Part shown: positions 8,716-19,233 of the stretch, piece after piece | Layout: every line of letters starts with the position of its first letter | Numbering within the stretch: the stretch's first letter is position 1 | NCBI GenBank assembly: GCA_963674675.2 | Contig: CAXXNM010000003.1 | Coordinates: 2,044,133-2,108,132, forward strand | Source: Desulfobacteraceae bacterium | Lineage (GTDB): Bacteria; Desulfobacterota; Desulfobacteria; Desulfobacterales; Desulfobacteraceae | Length of the DNA stretch: 64,000 nt | Reading direction: 5' to 3' | Position numbers and translations under genes: made by a program | The notes under the pieces: generated by a model | Database searches by the model: none | What the model saw: the letters and a program-made list of their open reading frames with translations, nothing else | What the model was told of the DNA's origin: nothing

Positions 8716-11631
8716 ATGAGAGACGGCATACCAGTATCATCGACATTTCAAAAAAAATCAACAGAATCCATTGAAAAAACAGAAGAACTAAACTGCATCA
8801 TAGTTAAGGGCGCCAGGGAACACAACCTTAAAAATATTGATGTTGATATCCCCAAGAAAAAACTTGTGGTGTTTACGGGAGTTTCCGGGTCAGGAAAGTC
8901 AAGCCTTGCCTTTGATACAATATTTGCCGAAGGCCAGAGACGCTATGTGGAATCCCTGTCAGCCTATGCCCGGCAGTTCATCGGCCAGATGGTCAAGCCC
9001 CGATACGACACCATAAGGGGCCTATCCCCCACCATTTCCATCGAACAAAAGGCCGCAAGCAAGAATCCCCGCTCAACCGTGGGAACCATCACCGAGATAT
9101 ACGATTACCTGAGGGTCCTGTTTGCCAGGGCAGGAGAACAGTTCTGCGTCCATTGCGGCAAAAAAGTCGGCAGGGGCAATGCTGAAAGCATGGTATCCCA
9201 GATCATGTCTCTTCCCCAGTCCTCGAAAATCCTTCTCCTTGCCCCGATAATTGAAAACCGAAAAGGTGAGCACAGGGATATCCTGGACAATCTTAAAAAG
9301 GAAGGATTCGCCAGGGTGCGCATCGACGGAGTTGTCCGGGAAATTACCGATATCCAGTCCCTTGCAAGAAACAAGAAGCACCACATTGAAGTGGTGGTTG
9401 ATCGCCTGGTCATCAAGGATGAATCTGTCTTCCGAAAACGCCTCACCGACTCGGTGGAAACGGCCTTAAAGCTCGGCAACAGCCAGCTCATCGTGCATAT
9501 CATCGGAAGGGAAGACATCCGGATGAGCGAGGCCCGATCATGCTGCGGCAGGGCCTATCCCGAGCTTGAACCGACCCTTTTCTCATTCAATTCACCCATT
9601 GGTATGTGCCCTGAATGTAACGGCATAGGGACAATTCTCTCCATTGATCCTGATAAGATAGTCCCGGACAAAAACCTGAGCATTCGGCAGGGGGCTGTAC
9701 TGCCCTGGAAAAATTATTTTTTAAAACAAAATCCCCCACACCATAACTCCTGGGGGCTGGCTCAACTCCTTGCCATGGAAGCCCAATGGGGGATTGATTT
9801 TAATACCCCGTGGAACAAGCTTAAGTCTACACAAAGAGAGCTGATTCTCCATGGATCCAAAGACAAAAAGCTCATTGTAAACTGGCGGTCTGAAACGGGC
9901 AAGGGAGAGATGGAACGGGCCCATGAAGGAGTGGTCAATACCCTTATGCGGCGCTACCGCATGACCCATTCCGAGGGTTCTAAAAAATACTATTCAGGAT
10001 TCATGAGCGAGAAGACCTGCTCTGCCTGCTCAGGTAAAAGGCTTAAACCAGAAGTCTTAAACGTCCTTATTGCCGGAAAATCTATAATAGATATCACCGA
10101 AATGAGTATCAAGCAGTCCCATGCTTTTATAAACGGCCTTGCCCTTCATGGCAGTAAAAAACTTATTGCAGCCGAACTCTTAAAGGAAATATCAAACCGC
10201 CTGGGTTTTCTTGTTAATGTGGGTCTTGATTATCTATCCCTCAACAGAAAAGGCCCCAGCCTTTCCGGAGGAGAATCCCAGCGAATAAGGTTAGCATCCC
10301 AGATAGGTTCTGAGCTTACCGGGGTATTGTACATACTGGATGAGCCCTCCATCGGACTGCACCAGCGGGATAATGAAAAACTGCTTAAAACTCTTTGCCA
10401 TCTCAGGGACATAGGCAATACCCTCATAGTTGTGGAACATGATGAAGAAACAATGCAGCGGGCTGACTGGATTTTAGATATCGGCCCCGGGGCAGGGCAC
10501 CTGGGCGGCCAAATCATAGCCCAGGGCACCCCCTATGACATAAAATCCAATCCAGCATCCATAACCGGTAAATTTCTAAGCGGATCTGAAAAAATTCACA
10601 TTCCAGAACTGAGAAAAACACCAGAAACTGCTGGAAACAATTGGCTCACCATAAAAAAAGCTGCGGAAAACAACCTGAAAAACATAAATGTAAAAATTCC
10701 CCTGGGGTTGATTGTGGGCATCACCGGCGTATCTGGTGCAGGAAAATCCACACTCATCAATCAAATTCTCTACCCGGCCCTTGCTGCCAGGCTTCACAAT
10801 TCAAATATGGAAATTGGGAAACACAAAGCTATCACAGGTCTGTCAAGGCTGAACAAGGTCATCAACATCGACCAGAAACCCATCGGAAGAACACCAAGAA
10901 GTAATCCAGCCACCTACACAAAGGTGCTTGATCCCATAAGGGATCTTTTTGCCGCGCTTCCCGAATCCCGTGCCAGGGGTTACAAAAAGGGCAGGTACTC
11001 GTTCAATGTCAAGGGAGGCAGGTGCGAAGCATGCAATGGAGACGGATACATCAAGGTTGAGATGCACTTTCTTGCAGACGTATTTGTTCCCTGTGATGTC
11101 TGCCGGGGCAGGCGGTTCAACAGCGCCACCCTTGAGATTAAGTACAAGGATCATTCCATTGCAGATGTTCTTGATCTCTCGGTCATGCAGGCCCGTGAGC
11201 TTTTCAAAAGCCATCCTAAAATCATAAAAATCCTGGACACCCTGATGGATGTGGGGCTATCTTATATAAAATTGGGACAGGCTGCAACCACCCTTTCCGG
11301 AGGTGAGGCCCAGCGCATAAAACTTGCCAGAGAACTTGCCAAGAGTGCCACAGGAGATACTCTGTACATTTTAGACGAACCCACCACAGGCCTTCATTTC
11401 CAGGATATAAGACTTCTTTTAAATGTACTTAAAAGACTCTCAGATGCGGGTAATACAGTGATCGTCATCGAACATAATCTGGATGTAATCAAAACCGTGG
11501 ACTGGATCATCGATCTTGGGCCGGAGGGTGGAGATGCCGGAGGTTATGTTGTGGTCCAGGGTTCCCCTGAAAAAATTGCAAAAGCTGGTGATAGCTATAC
11601 AGGATACTATCTCAATAACACCCTTATTTAA
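8716..11631 (+). CDS. uvrA: excinuclease ABC subunit A
   Basis: 'GAREHNLKNIDVDIPKKKLVVFTGVSGSGKSSLAFDTIFAEGQRRYVESLS'. Two ABC modules ('LSGGESQRIRLA', 'LSGGEAQRIKLA') and zinc-finger cysteines 'CEACNGDGY..CDVCRGRRF'. Confidence 0.97.
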   Translation: MRDGIPVSSTFQKKSTESIEKTEELNCIIVKGAREHNLKNIDVDIPKKKLVVFTGVSGSGKSSLAFDTIFAEGQRRYVESLSAYARQFIGQMVKPRYDTIRGLSPTISIEQKAASKNPRSTVGTITEIYDYLRVLFARAGEQFCVHCGKKVGRGNAESMVSQIMSLPQSSKILLLAPIIENRKGEHRDILDNLKKEGFARVRIDGVVREITDIQSLARNKKHHIEVVVDRLVIKDESVFRKRLTDSVETALKLGNSQLIVHIIGREDIRMSEARSCCGRAYPELEPTLFSFNSPIGMCPECNGIGTILSIDPDKIVPDKNLSIRQGAVLPWKNYFLKQNPPHHNSWGLAQLLAMEAQWGIDFNTPWNKLKSTQRELILHGSKDKKLIVNWRSETGKGEMERAHEGVVNTLMRRYRMTHSEGSKKYYSGFMSEKTCSACSGKRLKPEVLNVLIAGKSIIDITEMSIKQSHAFINGLALHGSKKLIAAELLKEISNRLGFLVNVGLDYLSLNRKGPSLSGGESQRIRLASQIGSELTGVLYILDEPSIGLHQRDNEKLLKTLCHLRDIGNTLIVVEHDEETMQRADWILDIGPGAGHLGGQIIAQGTPYDIKSNPASITGKFLSGSEKIHIPELRKTPETAGNNWLTIKKAAENNLKNINVKIPLGLIVGITGVSGAGKSTLINQILYPALAARLHNSNMEIGKHKAITGLSRLNKVINIDQKPIGRTPRSNPATYTKVLDPIRDLFAALPESRARGYKKGRYSFNVKGGRCEACNGDGYIKVEMHFLADVFVPCDVCRGRRFNSATLEIKYKDHSIADVLDLSVMQARELFKSHPKIIKILDTLMDVGLSYIKLGQAATTLSGGEAQRIKLARELAKSATGDTLYILDEPTTGLHFQDIRLLLNVLKRLSDAGNTVIVIEHNLDVIKTVDWIIDLGPEGGDAGGYVVVQGSPEKIAKAGDSYTGYYLNNTLI

Positions 11632-11756
11632 TTGAATAAAAATATTTATTGAAGAGCATATTTCAAGTGATTTAAGCAGGTTGACTTTAGTAAATATAAT
11701 ATATATACTGCTCTAATTTTATTTTTTTAAAAATTTTAACAAATACTCAAAAAATC

Positions 11757-11861
11757 GGCGTGTTTTATTCCTCAGTTGACACTTTTTCAAAACATTCTCT
11801 GAATTCTATGAAATTCTTTGAAAAAACTGTCAACTACTTTTGAGACAATATGAAACATGCC
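11757..11861. repeat. MITE-C family copy (full length)
   Basis: '..attcctcagttgacactttttc ... gaaaaaactgtcaactacttttgagacaatatgaaacatgcc'. About 85% identical to the reverse complement of 37585-37690. Confidence 0.8.
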
Positions 11862-12027
11862 AAAAAATCTTATTGTTTCCATATAAGGCAAATTTTTTTC
11901 CAGAAAAAATCCAAATTGGATTTGAGGGAGAGGCATCCAACTCAACAAAAAGTATAATGGGCCACTCGCTATGCTTGAGAGATTAGATAGATAATGTAAT
12001 TCTTCAAACCTCAAAGGAGAGAAACTT

Positions 12028-14280
12028 ATGGGCCTTCAACTATGTTATATAATTGTCGGCATGCTGATCTTATTTGCTATTTTTGATCTGATTGTCGGCG
12101 TGACCAATGATGCAGTAAACTTTTTAAACTCATCCATCGGGTCCAAAGCTGCCCCTTTTGTTATGATAATGACCATTGCCGGTCTGGGCATCCTGGCAGG
12201 TGTTACCTTTTCCGGCGGCATGATGGAAGTGGCAAGAAAAGGGATTTTTCATCCCGAATTTTTTACCATGCCTGAACTTTTAACTATTTTTCTGGCTGTT
12301 ATGATTACGGATGTTCTGCTGCTTGACCTTTTTAATACTCATGGCCTGCCTACTTCAACAACTGTATCCATTGTGTTTGAGCTGCTGGGGGGTGCAGTGG
12401 CGTTGTCTCTGATCAAAATCATGGCATCAACAGACAGCACCATGGCATTATGGGACTATATCAACACGGCCAAGGCCATGGCAATTGTGGGTGGAATCCT
12501 TCTCTCCATTGTAATTGCCTTTTTTTCCGGTGCCGTGATGCAGTTTATATCGCGGATTATTTTCACATTCAGTTATGAGAACCGGCTGAAAAAATATGGG
12601 GCACTCTGGGGGGGAGTGGCCATGACCGCCATTACCTTTTTTATTCTTGTCAAAGGATCCAAAGGCGCAACCTTCATGGATGCCGCCACTGTAACCTGGA
12701 TAAAGACCCATTCATCGACAATCATGGCCGGAATATTCCTGATTTCCGCCGGGATATTCCAGATACTGATCATATTTTTTCGAGTTAATATATTAAAACC
12801 GATTGTCCTTATCGGGACCTTTGCTCTTGCCATGGCTTTTGCCGCCAACGATCTGGTCAATTTCATCGGTGTCCCCCTCGCAGGCCTTACCGCCTTTCAA
12901 AACGCCATTGTATCCAGCGATCCCTTAAATATAACCATGGCTGCCCTTAGCAAAAAAGTCCAATCCCAGACCTATATCATGCTGCTGGCAGGACTTATCA
13001 TGGTGGTGACCCTGTGGCTATCTAAAAAAGCAAGAACGGTTACGGAAACTGAAATCCGCCTGGGGCAGCAGGATGAAGGAACAGAAAAATTCGAATCCAT
13101 CTGGCTGTCCAGAAAAATTGTCAACCTGTTTGCTTTCCTGTTCGACACGATTAAAAACCTTACCCCGGCGGGCATGAGAAAAACCATCTCCCGGCGCCTG
13201 GCTCCGGCGGCCGAACAAAAAGGGCTCTCCCAGATAGAAAAACCGTCCTTTGACCTGCTTCGTGCATCTGTCAACCTGATGGTGGCAAGTGGAGTTGTCT
13301 CTTTTGCCACGTCTTTGAAACTGCCGCTGTCCACCACCTATGTAACCTTTATGGTGGCCATGGGTACGAGTTTTTCAGATCAGGCTTGGGGCAGAGAAAG
13401 CGCGGTATACCGGGTAACCGGGGTATTAACCGTAATTGGCGGCTGGTTTATGACAGCGTTCATAGCCTTTGTAGCCTCCTTTGTTTTTGCCAATATTTTA
13501 TTCTATTTTAAAATCCCGGGATTTTTTATTGTAATTGCCGTTGCGGGATACATGATCCTGAAGAATCACCAGAAGCATAAGGGCAAAGAAAAAGACAAGG
13601 ATGAAATGATCATTTATAACCTGCACAAGGTTGAAAATTTCCAGGAATCCGTATCCCAGACATTTGATCATTTGGCCTTTCTTCTCAAGGGAATCAGAGA
13701 ATCCTTTGAGATTTCCTTTGATGCGCTTTTCCAGGAGGACCTGAATAAGCTAAGACAGGAACGCATGCGGGTCAAACACTTCCAGGACAGCACTAATATC
13801 ATCATTGCCAATATTTTTAAAGTATTGCGGCTGCTTTCAAAGGAAGATGAGCAGATTTCCTATAATTACTACCAGATCATCAGGCGGCTGCAAAAACTCA
13901 CTTACGGCCACAGGGATACGATAATCCGTTCCAGCATGCATGTCAGCAATCATCATAAGGGTCTTTTAGATGTCCAGATTAAGGAACTAAAAGAGATTCA
14001 AAAGGTTTTCCTGAATATCTTTTCACTTGTTGAGACAGCTTTTCGGGATAAGGAAATAGCTGACTGTCAGAAGGCTGTGGAACAGTTTTATTATTTAAGG
14101 GAACTGGTGGATGATTTTAATGAAAACCAGATTCAACGAATCAGGGATGATTCATCTAAAACACGTTTGAGTATCCTTTTTTATGCCATCAGCGGTAACT
14201 GTGTTATGATGTCAAAACAAAATGTAAAGCTTTTAGATATTTTTAATGAATCCTTTAAACTGAACCAGAAATGTTCATGA
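12028..14280 (+). CDS. PiT/PHO4-family inorganic phosphate transporter with a long C-terminal soluble extension
   Basis: Two PiT signature regions, 'GVTNDAVNFLNSSIGSKAA' and 'FAANDLVNFIGVPLAG'. Multiple TM segments. About 220-aa helical C-terminal tail. RBS 'aaaggagag'. Confidence 0.75.
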   Translation: MGLQLCYIIVGMLILFAIFDLIVGVTNDAVNFLNSSIGSKAAPFVMIMTIAGLGILAGVTFSGGMMEVARKGIFHPEFFTMPELLTIFLAVMITDVLLLDLFNTHGLPTSTTVSIVFELLGGAVALSLIKIMASTDSTMALWDYINTAKAMAIVGGILLSIVIAFFSGAVMQFISRIIFTFSYENRLKKYGALWGGVAMTAITFFILVKGSKGATFMDAATVTWIKTHSSTIMAGIFLISAGIFQILIIFFRVNILKPIVLIGTFALAMAFAANDLVNFIGVPLAGLTAFQNAIVSSDPLNITMAALSKKVQSQTYIMLLAGLIMVVTLWLSKKARTVTETEIRLGQQDEGTEKFESIWLSRKIVNLFAFLFDTIKNLTPAGMRKTISRRLAPAAEQKGLSQIEKPSFDLLRASVNLMVASGVVSFATSLKLPLSTTYVTFMVAMGTSFSDQAWGRESAVYRVTGVLTVIGGWFMTAFIAFVASFVFANILFYFKIPGFFIVIAVAGYMILKNHQKHKGKEKDKDEMIIYNLHKVENFQESVSQTFDHLAFLLKGIRESFEISFDALFQEDLNKLRQERMRVKHFQDSTNIIIANIFKVLRLLSKEDEQISYNYYQIIRRLQKLTYGHRDTIIRSSMHVSNHHKGLLDVQIKELKEIQKVFLNIFSLVETAFRDKEIADCQKAVEQFYYLRELVDDFNENQIQRIRDDSSKTRLSILFYAISGNCVMMSKQNVKLLDIFNESFKLNQKCS

Positions 14281-14364
14281 AATTCAACTAAAATTGAGGA
14301 CACTTCATTTGCCAATTTATACTTTTTACATAAAAATATACCTATTTTTTTAGGATTTTATTGC

Positions 14365-14404
14365 AAAAAGAGTAAACTACTTTTGAGGTGATATGGAAGA
14401 TGCC
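14365..14404. repeat. MITE-C right-half fragment
   Basis: 'aaaaagagtaaactacttttgaggtgatatggaagatgcc'. Confidence 0.6.
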
Positions 14405-14613
14405 TAAAAGCATTTTGATTTTTTTTGATTATAAAATATTTTCTGGTTATGATCACTTTAGGTGATTTCCGCAAAATAACATACCGGTTTTCTCGAATCA
14501 TGTATATGATAGAGAGGCTTTAGAAATATAGTCCTGGTAAAATATTTGCCGGAAATCGCCTTTATCGTTTAGAATAGACAATCAAATTGAATCCGAAGCC
14601 CCAAGGAGATGAA

Positions 14614-16167
14614 ATGCAAGCAACCAGAATTGTAGTAACAGATCAGAACATGAATGAGTTTGACGGTGATATGCTTGTTTTTTGTGCATCTGAAAAAAAA
14701 GATGCTATGCCCCGATGTGACCAGCTAATATATAAAACAGTACAGAATGCCTATGATCTAAAGGATTTTTCCGGAAAAGAAGGTGAGCAGCTTATGTCCT
14801 ATCCAGGCCAGGCCCTGGAAAAAATGAATCTGTCTGTTAGACGCCTTCTGATAATTGGATTAGGAAAAACCGGGGAAGATGAAAACCCTGATGATATTCG
14901 TGAAAATCTTCGAAAGGCCGGCGGAGAAATCAGCAGGGCAGCAGAAAAAATCAAAGCCGGCAAAATAATGGTGAATCTGCCGGATATAGAGGAAATTTCC
15001 ACAGAAGAGGTATCTCAATGCCTGACGGAAGGTATTTTGCTTGGGGATTACCGGTTCATGAAATATAAAAACAAGGAGAAAGAAGAGAACCAATATGAAG
15101 GGCTCAAAGAGCTTGTATTTTTTACTGCAACTTCCATGGAAAAAGTAAATAAAGGCACCCGTCTGGGGATGAATGGAGCCAGGGCTGCCCTTGAGGCAAG
15201 GGATATGGCCAATGAACCTGGAAACGGCTGGCTTCCCTCTGATTTTGCCGAATTTGCCATGGGACTTGCCGAAAAATATTCATTCCAATGCAGTGTGCTT
15301 GAAAAAAGTGACATGAAAAACCTTGGCATGGGCGGTCTTTTGGCTGTAAACAGGGGATCTGCCGAGGCTCCCAAACTGGTAATCCTGAAATACCTGCCGG
15401 AAAACAAATCTGAAACTATTCTCTTAGTGGGCAAAGGCATCACCTTTGATTCCGGCGGCATCAGCTTAAAACAGGCCCTGGGAATGGAAGCCATGAAATA
15501 TGACATGTGCGGAGGAGCTGCCGTTCTTTCAGCCATGCAGGCTGTAGGTGAGGAAAAGCCTGAAGTGGGGGTTATCGCCATGGTGCCATCCACTGACAAT
15601 ATGGCGGGTAGCGCCGCCATAAAACCGGGGGATATAATCCGCCATTATAATGGGATAACATCTGAAATTATCAACACGGATGCCGAGGGCCGCCTGATAC
15701 TTGCCGATGCACTGGCCTATGGCATTGAAAAATACCAGCCGGACTGCGTTATTGACCTTGCAACTTTGACAGGGGCTGTCATTATGGGACTGGGACACCA
15801 CTATTCAGGACTTTTAAGCAACAACGATAACCTGGTTAAACTGCTTGAAACAGCCGCAAAAAGAGCAGGAGAACCCCTGTGGCGCCTGCCCCTTGGCAAG
15901 CTATACTCCAAGCAGATTGAATCAAAAGTGGCTGATATAAAAAACACAGGGGGAAAATCTGCAGGAACTATCACGGCGGCGGCATACCTTGAAAATTTTG
16001 TAAACAATACTCCCTGGGCCCACATAGATATTGCAGGAACTGCCTGGGACTATACCGAAAAATCCTATATTCCCAAGGGACCTTCCGGCATATGTGTCCG
16101 ATCTATTGTGGAACTTATACGCAGTTGGGAAAATGGCAAATTCAAAAACCAGAATAGTTCCCGGTAA
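14614..16167 (+). CDS. pepA: leucyl aminopeptidase (M17 family)
   Basis: 'VGKGITFDSGGISLK', 'MKYDMCGGAAV' and 'NTDAEGRLILADAL'. 'aaggag' RBS before the ATG at 14614. Confidence 0.93.
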   Translation: MQATRIVVTDQNMNEFDGDMLVFCASEKKDAMPRCDQLIYKTVQNAYDLKDFSGKEGEQLMSYPGQALEKMNLSVRRLLIIGLGKTGEDENPDDIRENLRKAGGEISRAAEKIKAGKIMVNLPDIEEISTEEVSQCLTEGILLGDYRFMKYKNKEKEENQYEGLKELVFFTATSMEKVNKGTRLGMNGARAALEARDMANEPGNGWLPSDFAEFAMGLAEKYSFQCSVLEKSDMKNLGMGGLLAVNRGSAEAPKLVILKYLPENKSETILLVGKGITFDSGGISLKQALGMEAMKYDMCGGAAVLSAMQAVGEEKPEVGVIAMVPSTDNMAGSAAIKPGDIIRHYNGITSEIINTDAEGRLILADALAYGIEKYQPDCVIDLATLTGAVIMGLGHHYSGLLSNNDNLVKLLETAAKRAGEPLWRLPLGKLYSKQIESKVADIKNTGGKSAGTITAAAYLENFVNNTPWAHIDIAGTAWDYTEKSYIPKGPSGICVRSIVELIRSWENGKFKNQNSSR

Positions 16168-16215
16168 AGGGAATAATCTGGTTAATTAATAAATTCCCTT
16201 GATGCAAACAAGCAT

Positions 16216-19200
16216 TTATTCAATGGTGGTAAAATTGACTTCATCGAACATAAAGACATCTGAAATACTACCATATGCCTCCAATGTCCATTCCCCCTTA
16301 AATTCGGGAAAATCTTTAAAATCCAATGGAAGAATATCGTTAAGACCCCATGAAGGCAAAAGGACATCAAAGGATTTATGTTGAAAATTAAGGTCAATCG
16401 TTTCATCCTTGCAAAAACAGCGTGAAATAACGGATATATTTAAAAATTCATAACCCATATCAGGTTCCATATCAGGTTCAAGTATAATAGATAATTTTTC
16501 ATCTTCCTGATCAAAAACAGCAATATCAAAAGGGTTATCTATACTTAGTGTTTCTGAAAAACTGGAAGGAATAATCTTTCCGTATGATGTTAAAAAATAA
16601 AGAAAATTGCTTCCTGAATCAATTATATCAAGAACGATTTCACCGGATTCCAGACTTATTTCATTTAACTGTTGAAACGATTCATCATCCAGAGAATACT
16701 TGAACAATAGTTCAATTCCAGGTAGCACCTGGGAAGAGTCCTGAATGGCAGGGTAAAATGCAATAAGAATGGTTTTATCAGAATATGCCACAGAGGAGTG
16801 CCACCAGGAAACTGAACCAGGCAGGTCAAAGCTTTTAATGGGAGCTATCTCACTTTGTTGATACCCTCCCATCTTGAATTTGAAAAGATCTCCTTTCCCA
16901 GTGACCATATAACCATATGACACTCCATTGTATTCAATTATAAACGGCGAATGGTCCAAGGGCTGATGAAAATTAAGTTGAACAATTTTTGGAAGATATT
17001 CAGGTTCTGAAGACGCCGGGCTCCAGCCTAATACATAGAGATAACCATCCCAGGACGGCATAAGTATCTGGCCGCATCCGCCAAGTACCGGTTGTGCCAT
17101 TAATGCTCCACCTGCCTGAAATTTATACAAAAATTTATCATCTTTCCAAACAGTCAATTTACCGTCTCTACCTGGAACATAAAGGCGTCTTTCAAATCCT
17201 TGTTCCACCATAATAGGTTCTACAAATACACCCCTTGCTGGTTCTGGGTCATCCAGCTCTTTGTCTTTTATTTTTTCGATTTCTTCATAAATATCATCAA
17301 TATGAACTATATTCTTATCATCTTCCCTAACCAAATAAACAGACTGGTCAGAATCAACAAACATGTGGAGATTATCTTTGCTAAGATTACTAAAATCCCT
17401 AACCAGTTCAAGGCTCTCTGCATTAAATATCGCAAAATTTTGACCCATGGTTAAATACAGCAAGTTTCCCTTAATGGTAAGAAATGGACGTTCCGTATAA
17501 AAAATCAGTTCATCCATATACTCTGAGATATCATCTGCAGAAAAGGGCAGCATTACCGATGCAGTGGTACTAAGGGTGGCTTGATTTACCCTGTAAAGGG
17601 TTTGCCCGGACACACAATACAGAATTCCGTTGCTGAAGATACACTTTGATGCGTAGCCTGCAAAAGGATCCAAATCAAACACACTTGGAATCACATTAAC
17701 TTGAATATTATAAGTTCGAGTAACAGGGGTGAGATAGGTGCCTGGGAAACTGCAATCAACGGCCAGATCAAAATTTCCGGCATCAACAAACGGTGAGCTA
17801 CACTGGATTGCAAAGCGTTTTTCTTCATTAGCGTCAAGGGTAGAATGCAATACCTTTGATGGCATGGTTTCATTAGACATTGAATCCTTAAACGCCGAAT
17901 AATCCACCGCGCTACCACTTAACTCAAAAGAATAGGGCAGGCCATCTTTACCGGTATTTTTCAAAACGATTTCTATATCAGAAAAACGATTTGAATCATT
18001 CAACTCATCTGATTCATATAATAAAAAAGATGCCGTAAAGTTATCTGGATTGAATATCAGTGTATAATCATACCATTCACCGCTGACATATCCAGAATTC
18101 TTTCCTGCCATGGGCCATGGATCAATAGGATTAAGGCTCCAAGAAGTCCCATAGCGCCAAATTTGGCCCATACCATTTTCCGACAGAGCACTGACATATA
18201 AGTTGCCTGACAGATCGCATGATATATCCGAAGAGATTGAATATACATCCAGGGCTGAAGTTACAACAGAATCAGAAGGTGGCATAAAGGCATTCATACA
18301 AAAATCATCGGTAAAAAGGCAGATACGATCACCCATTAAAACTGGAGAATGTGATACAGGGGTACCTGGTGTTTTAAATTCATCAAAGGTATCATGGTTA
18401 TAAATAACAAAACCGCTTTCCGTTAAAATCCAAAGTCTATTCTCTAAATCAACCAGTGGAGTAACATCAGTTAGAGGAACATAAGGAATCATATTCCTCA
18501 CCCGATCGCCTAATTGCTCCTCATCAAGGGACAAAGCATCCAAATAATAATTTCGGGAGGTACGTGTAATGAAATAGACACTGTCATGGGACAACGAAGG
18601 CCTGGTAACGGGTTCAGCACCAAGGTAAAGGATTTTCTTCGTCTTTCCTGCTTTGTCTACAAAATAAATCTTTCCTGATTCATCGCTGACAATTATGTAT
18701 TTTGATGATAGCATAGCTGAAATCATACCGGTTGTTCTTAATGCCAAGTTCCATGTTTCAATGCCATTTTCAAAGCCAAAGAGTCGTCCTTCATTAGTTA
18801 CAACAAAAACAGAACTTCCGGATCCCGTTAATGGAGCATGAATACATCTTTCATCTTCTTGAAGTGAAAGTTGAACCTCCCACTTTAACATTCCCTGGGA
18901 ATCAAAACAGTGAAGGCTGCCAAAGTAAGTCAAAACGCATAAAAAATCTTGATTATTAAGTACAGGCTGTGCCTTAACCCTTTGTCCAAGGGTGTCTTTC
19001 CAAAGAACATTATATTGATCCCGCACCACAATATTCCCGCAGGTATCGACAACATAATTAATTCCGTTACCATCGGTGAGTGTTGATATATTTTCCAGAG
19101 GACACTCGGTTTCAATCCAAAGAACTGCGCGGGAGATTTCCGCCCATGCGCTAGTGGATATTAGGAGAAAAAATAAAACTACCGCAAAAAATTTATTCAA

Positions 19201-19233
19201 TGGATTCAATGGATTGAATTTCAAAACATGCAT
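16216..19233 (-). CDS. large secreted protein with N-terminal PQQ-like beta-propeller repeats (function unknown)
   Basis: Signal peptide 'MHVLKFNPLNPLNKFFAVVLFFLLISTSAWA'. Repeats such as 'GNIVVRDQYNVLWKDTLG' and 'GSLHCFDSQGMLKWEV'. 'gggaggga' RBS. Start overlaps the upstream gene by 41 nt. Confidence 0.6.
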   Translation of the reverse strand: MHVLKFNPLNPLNKFFAVVLFFLLISTSAWAEISRAVLWIETECPLENISTLTDGNGINYVVDTCGNIVVRDQYNVLWKDTLGQRVKAQPVLNNQDFLCVLTYFGSLHCFDSQGMLKWEVQLSLQEDERCIHAPLTGSGSSVFVVTNEGRLFGFENGIETWNLALRTTGMISAMLSSKYIIVSDESGKIYFVDKAGKTKKILYLGAEPVTRPSLSHDSVYFITRTSRNYYLDALSLDEEQLGDRVRNMIPYVPLTDVTPLVDLENRLWILTESGFVIYNHDTFDEFKTPGTPVSHSPVLMGDRICLFTDDFCMNAFMPPSDSVVTSALDVYSISSDISCDLSGNLYVSALSENGMGQIWRYGTSWSLNPIDPWPMAGKNSGYVSGEWYDYTLIFNPDNFTASFLLYESDELNDSNRFSDIEIVLKNTGKDGLPYSFELSGSAVDYSAFKDSMSNETMPSKVLHSTLDANEEKRFAIQCSSPFVDAGNFDLAVDCSFPGTYLTPVTRTYNIQVNVIPSVFDLDPFAGYASKCIFSNGILYCVSGQTLYRVNQATLSTTASVMLPFSADDISEYMDELIFYTERPFLTIKGNLLYLTMGQNFAIFNAESLELVRDFSNLSKDNLHMFVDSDQSVYLVREDDKNIVHIDDIYEEIEKIKDKELDDPEPARGVFVEPIMVEQGFERRLYVPGRDGKLTVWKDDKFLYKFQAGGALMAQPVLGGCGQILMPSWDGYLYVLGWSPASSEPEYLPKIVQLNFHQPLDHSPFIIEYNGVSYGYMVTGKGDLFKFKMGGYQQSEIAPIKSFDLPGSVSWWHSSVAYSDKTILIAFYPAIQDSSQVLPGIELLFKYSLDDESFQQLNEISLESGEIVLDIIDSGSNFLYFLTSYGKIIPSSFSETLSIDNPFDIAVFDQEDEKLSIILEPDMEPDMGYEFLNISVISRCFCKDETIDLNFQHKSFDVLLPSWGLNDILPLDFKDFPEFKGEWTLEAYGSISDVFMFDEVNFTTIE

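Noticed and set aside
16167-16200. Hairpin 'aagggaat...attccctt' between pepA and the PQQ-like gene, as a bidirectional terminator.
   Set aside because: It has an 8-bp stem but an 18-nt A/T loop and no flanking T-tract. It is too weak to annotate.
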